Shown here: piece by piece, positions 63,326-64,000 of the stretch
Position numbering within the stretch: position 1 is the stretch's first letter
Layout of the letters: each line of letters begins with the position of its first letter
Assembly (NCBI GenBank): GCA_035758565.1
Contig: DASTXL010000002.1
Span: 19,118-83,117, forward strand
Source: Candidatus Saccharimonadales bacterium
Lineage (GTDB): Bacteria; Patescibacteriota; Saccharimonadia; Saccharimonadales; UBA10212
Direction of reading: 5' to 3'
DNA: 64,000 nt
Translations under genes and position numbers: made by a program
Notes under the pieces: generated by a model
The model's database searches: none
What the model was told of the DNA's origin: nothing
Seen by the model: the letters and a program-made list of their open reading frames with translations, nothing else

Positions 63326-63994
63326 TTGTGCCACAATAAAGGTATGCTAGCGACTAAAAGACAGTTCGCAGCACTCGTTAACCTGTTTCAGGGTGGGACT
63401 AAACTCGTTTATAAAAAAGGTGAATTTATCATCCGTCCGGGCGAATCACCAAGCAATGTCTTTTTTATCGAAAGCGGCCTAGTGAAGGCCTATAACATTA
63501 GTAAGTACGGCGAAGAAAATCTGCTTATTATTCGCAAAAGCCACGAGATTTTTCCGCTGATTTGGGCTATTACCGGCCAGGAGCGCGACATTATTTATCA
63601 GGCCATGACCCAAAGCGTTATAAGGCGGCTCGATCAACAGACATATTTAGACTTTCTGCGCAGCCACCCTAGCGCCCTGCCTCCGATCCTGGATATGGTT
63701 ACCGAAATGTATAGGATTCACTCGGAACGAATTTTAAATCTTGAATATCGAACAGTTCGCGAGCGCCTAATTTCATTCCTGCTGACTATGGCGGCACGCT
63801 TTGGCAGCGAGGTCTCTGACGGCGTCAGGATCAATGTGCCACTTCGCCATCAAGACATAGCTAGCTCCATCAACTCTACGCGGGAAACTGCTAGCCGACA
63901 GCTATCAATACTCGAGCGCAAAGGCTTGGTCGGCAGTAAGCAGTTTTACATCACACTCAAAGACAAGGCGGCCTTGGAAGCCTATTTGGGCTAG
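63326..63994 (+). CDS. Crp/Fnr-family transcriptional regulator (cNMP-binding + HTH)
   Basis: Beta-roll pattern (GEFIIRPGESPSNVFFIESGLVKAY) and a C-terminal HTH (HQDIASSINSTRETASRQLSILERKGLV). The start is either the TTG at 63326 or the ATG at 63344. Confidence 0.8.
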   Translation: MCHNKGMLATKRQFAALVNLFQGGTKLVYKKGEFIIRPGESPSNVFFIESGLVKAYNISKYGEENLLIIRKSHEIFPLIWAITGQERDIIYQAMTQSVIRRLDQQTYLDFLRSHPSALPPILDMVTEMYRIHSERILNLEYRTVRERLISFLLTMAARFGSEVSDGVRINVPLRHQDIASSINSTRETASRQLSILERKGLVGSKQFYITLKDKAALEAYLG

Positions 63995-64000
63995 TGGCTA

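Overview
The window reads as a syntenic piece of a small, Gram-positive-type genome, probably Patescibacteria/CPR and Saccharibacteria-like. That assignment is inferred from gene content and divergence, not from any database search.

Layout:
- 1-8.8 kb: housekeeping genes (thrS fragment, tgt, nrdR, a GT2 glycosyltransferase, a parvulin-type PPIase, ndk, a Xer-type recombinase) and five tRNA genes with encoded CCA. Two of the tRNAs have partial duplications next to them.
- 8.9-12.2 kb: a clearly more GC-rich island with two convergent secreted-protein genes, one of them cutinase-like. An AT-rich IS200/IS605-type element sits between their terminators.
- 12.3-31.2 kb: a minus-strand type IV pilus locus with pilM-N-O, pilB, pilT, pilC, pilA and pilD. 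It also holds five pilin-like genes, including 500-, 546- and 847-aa proteins.
- 32.1-39.1 kb: an atypical F-type ATPase operon with a c-like fusion, then b, delta, alpha, gamma, beta and epsilon. No subunit a is present, the c-like protein lacks the carboxylate, and alpha and beta carry long disordered tails.
- 40.9-59.9 kb: a cell-surface locus. It has three paralogous secreted proteins, a two-Ig-like membrane-anchored chaperone-like protein, a PKD-like protein, and two proteins of about 2,200 aa.
- 59.9-64 kb: small membrane proteins, ychF, and a Crp/Fnr-type regulator.

No rRNA genes or CRISPR arrays were seen.

The observations I consider most worth following are:
- the ion-path-less F-ATPase-like operon;
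- a structured intergenic repeat family supported by compensatory base changes;
- short insertions that carry surrogate gene 3' ends (ychF, tRNA-Asp);
- conserved long prepilin leaders, one with a perfect 22-bp inverted repeat;
- the surface locus.
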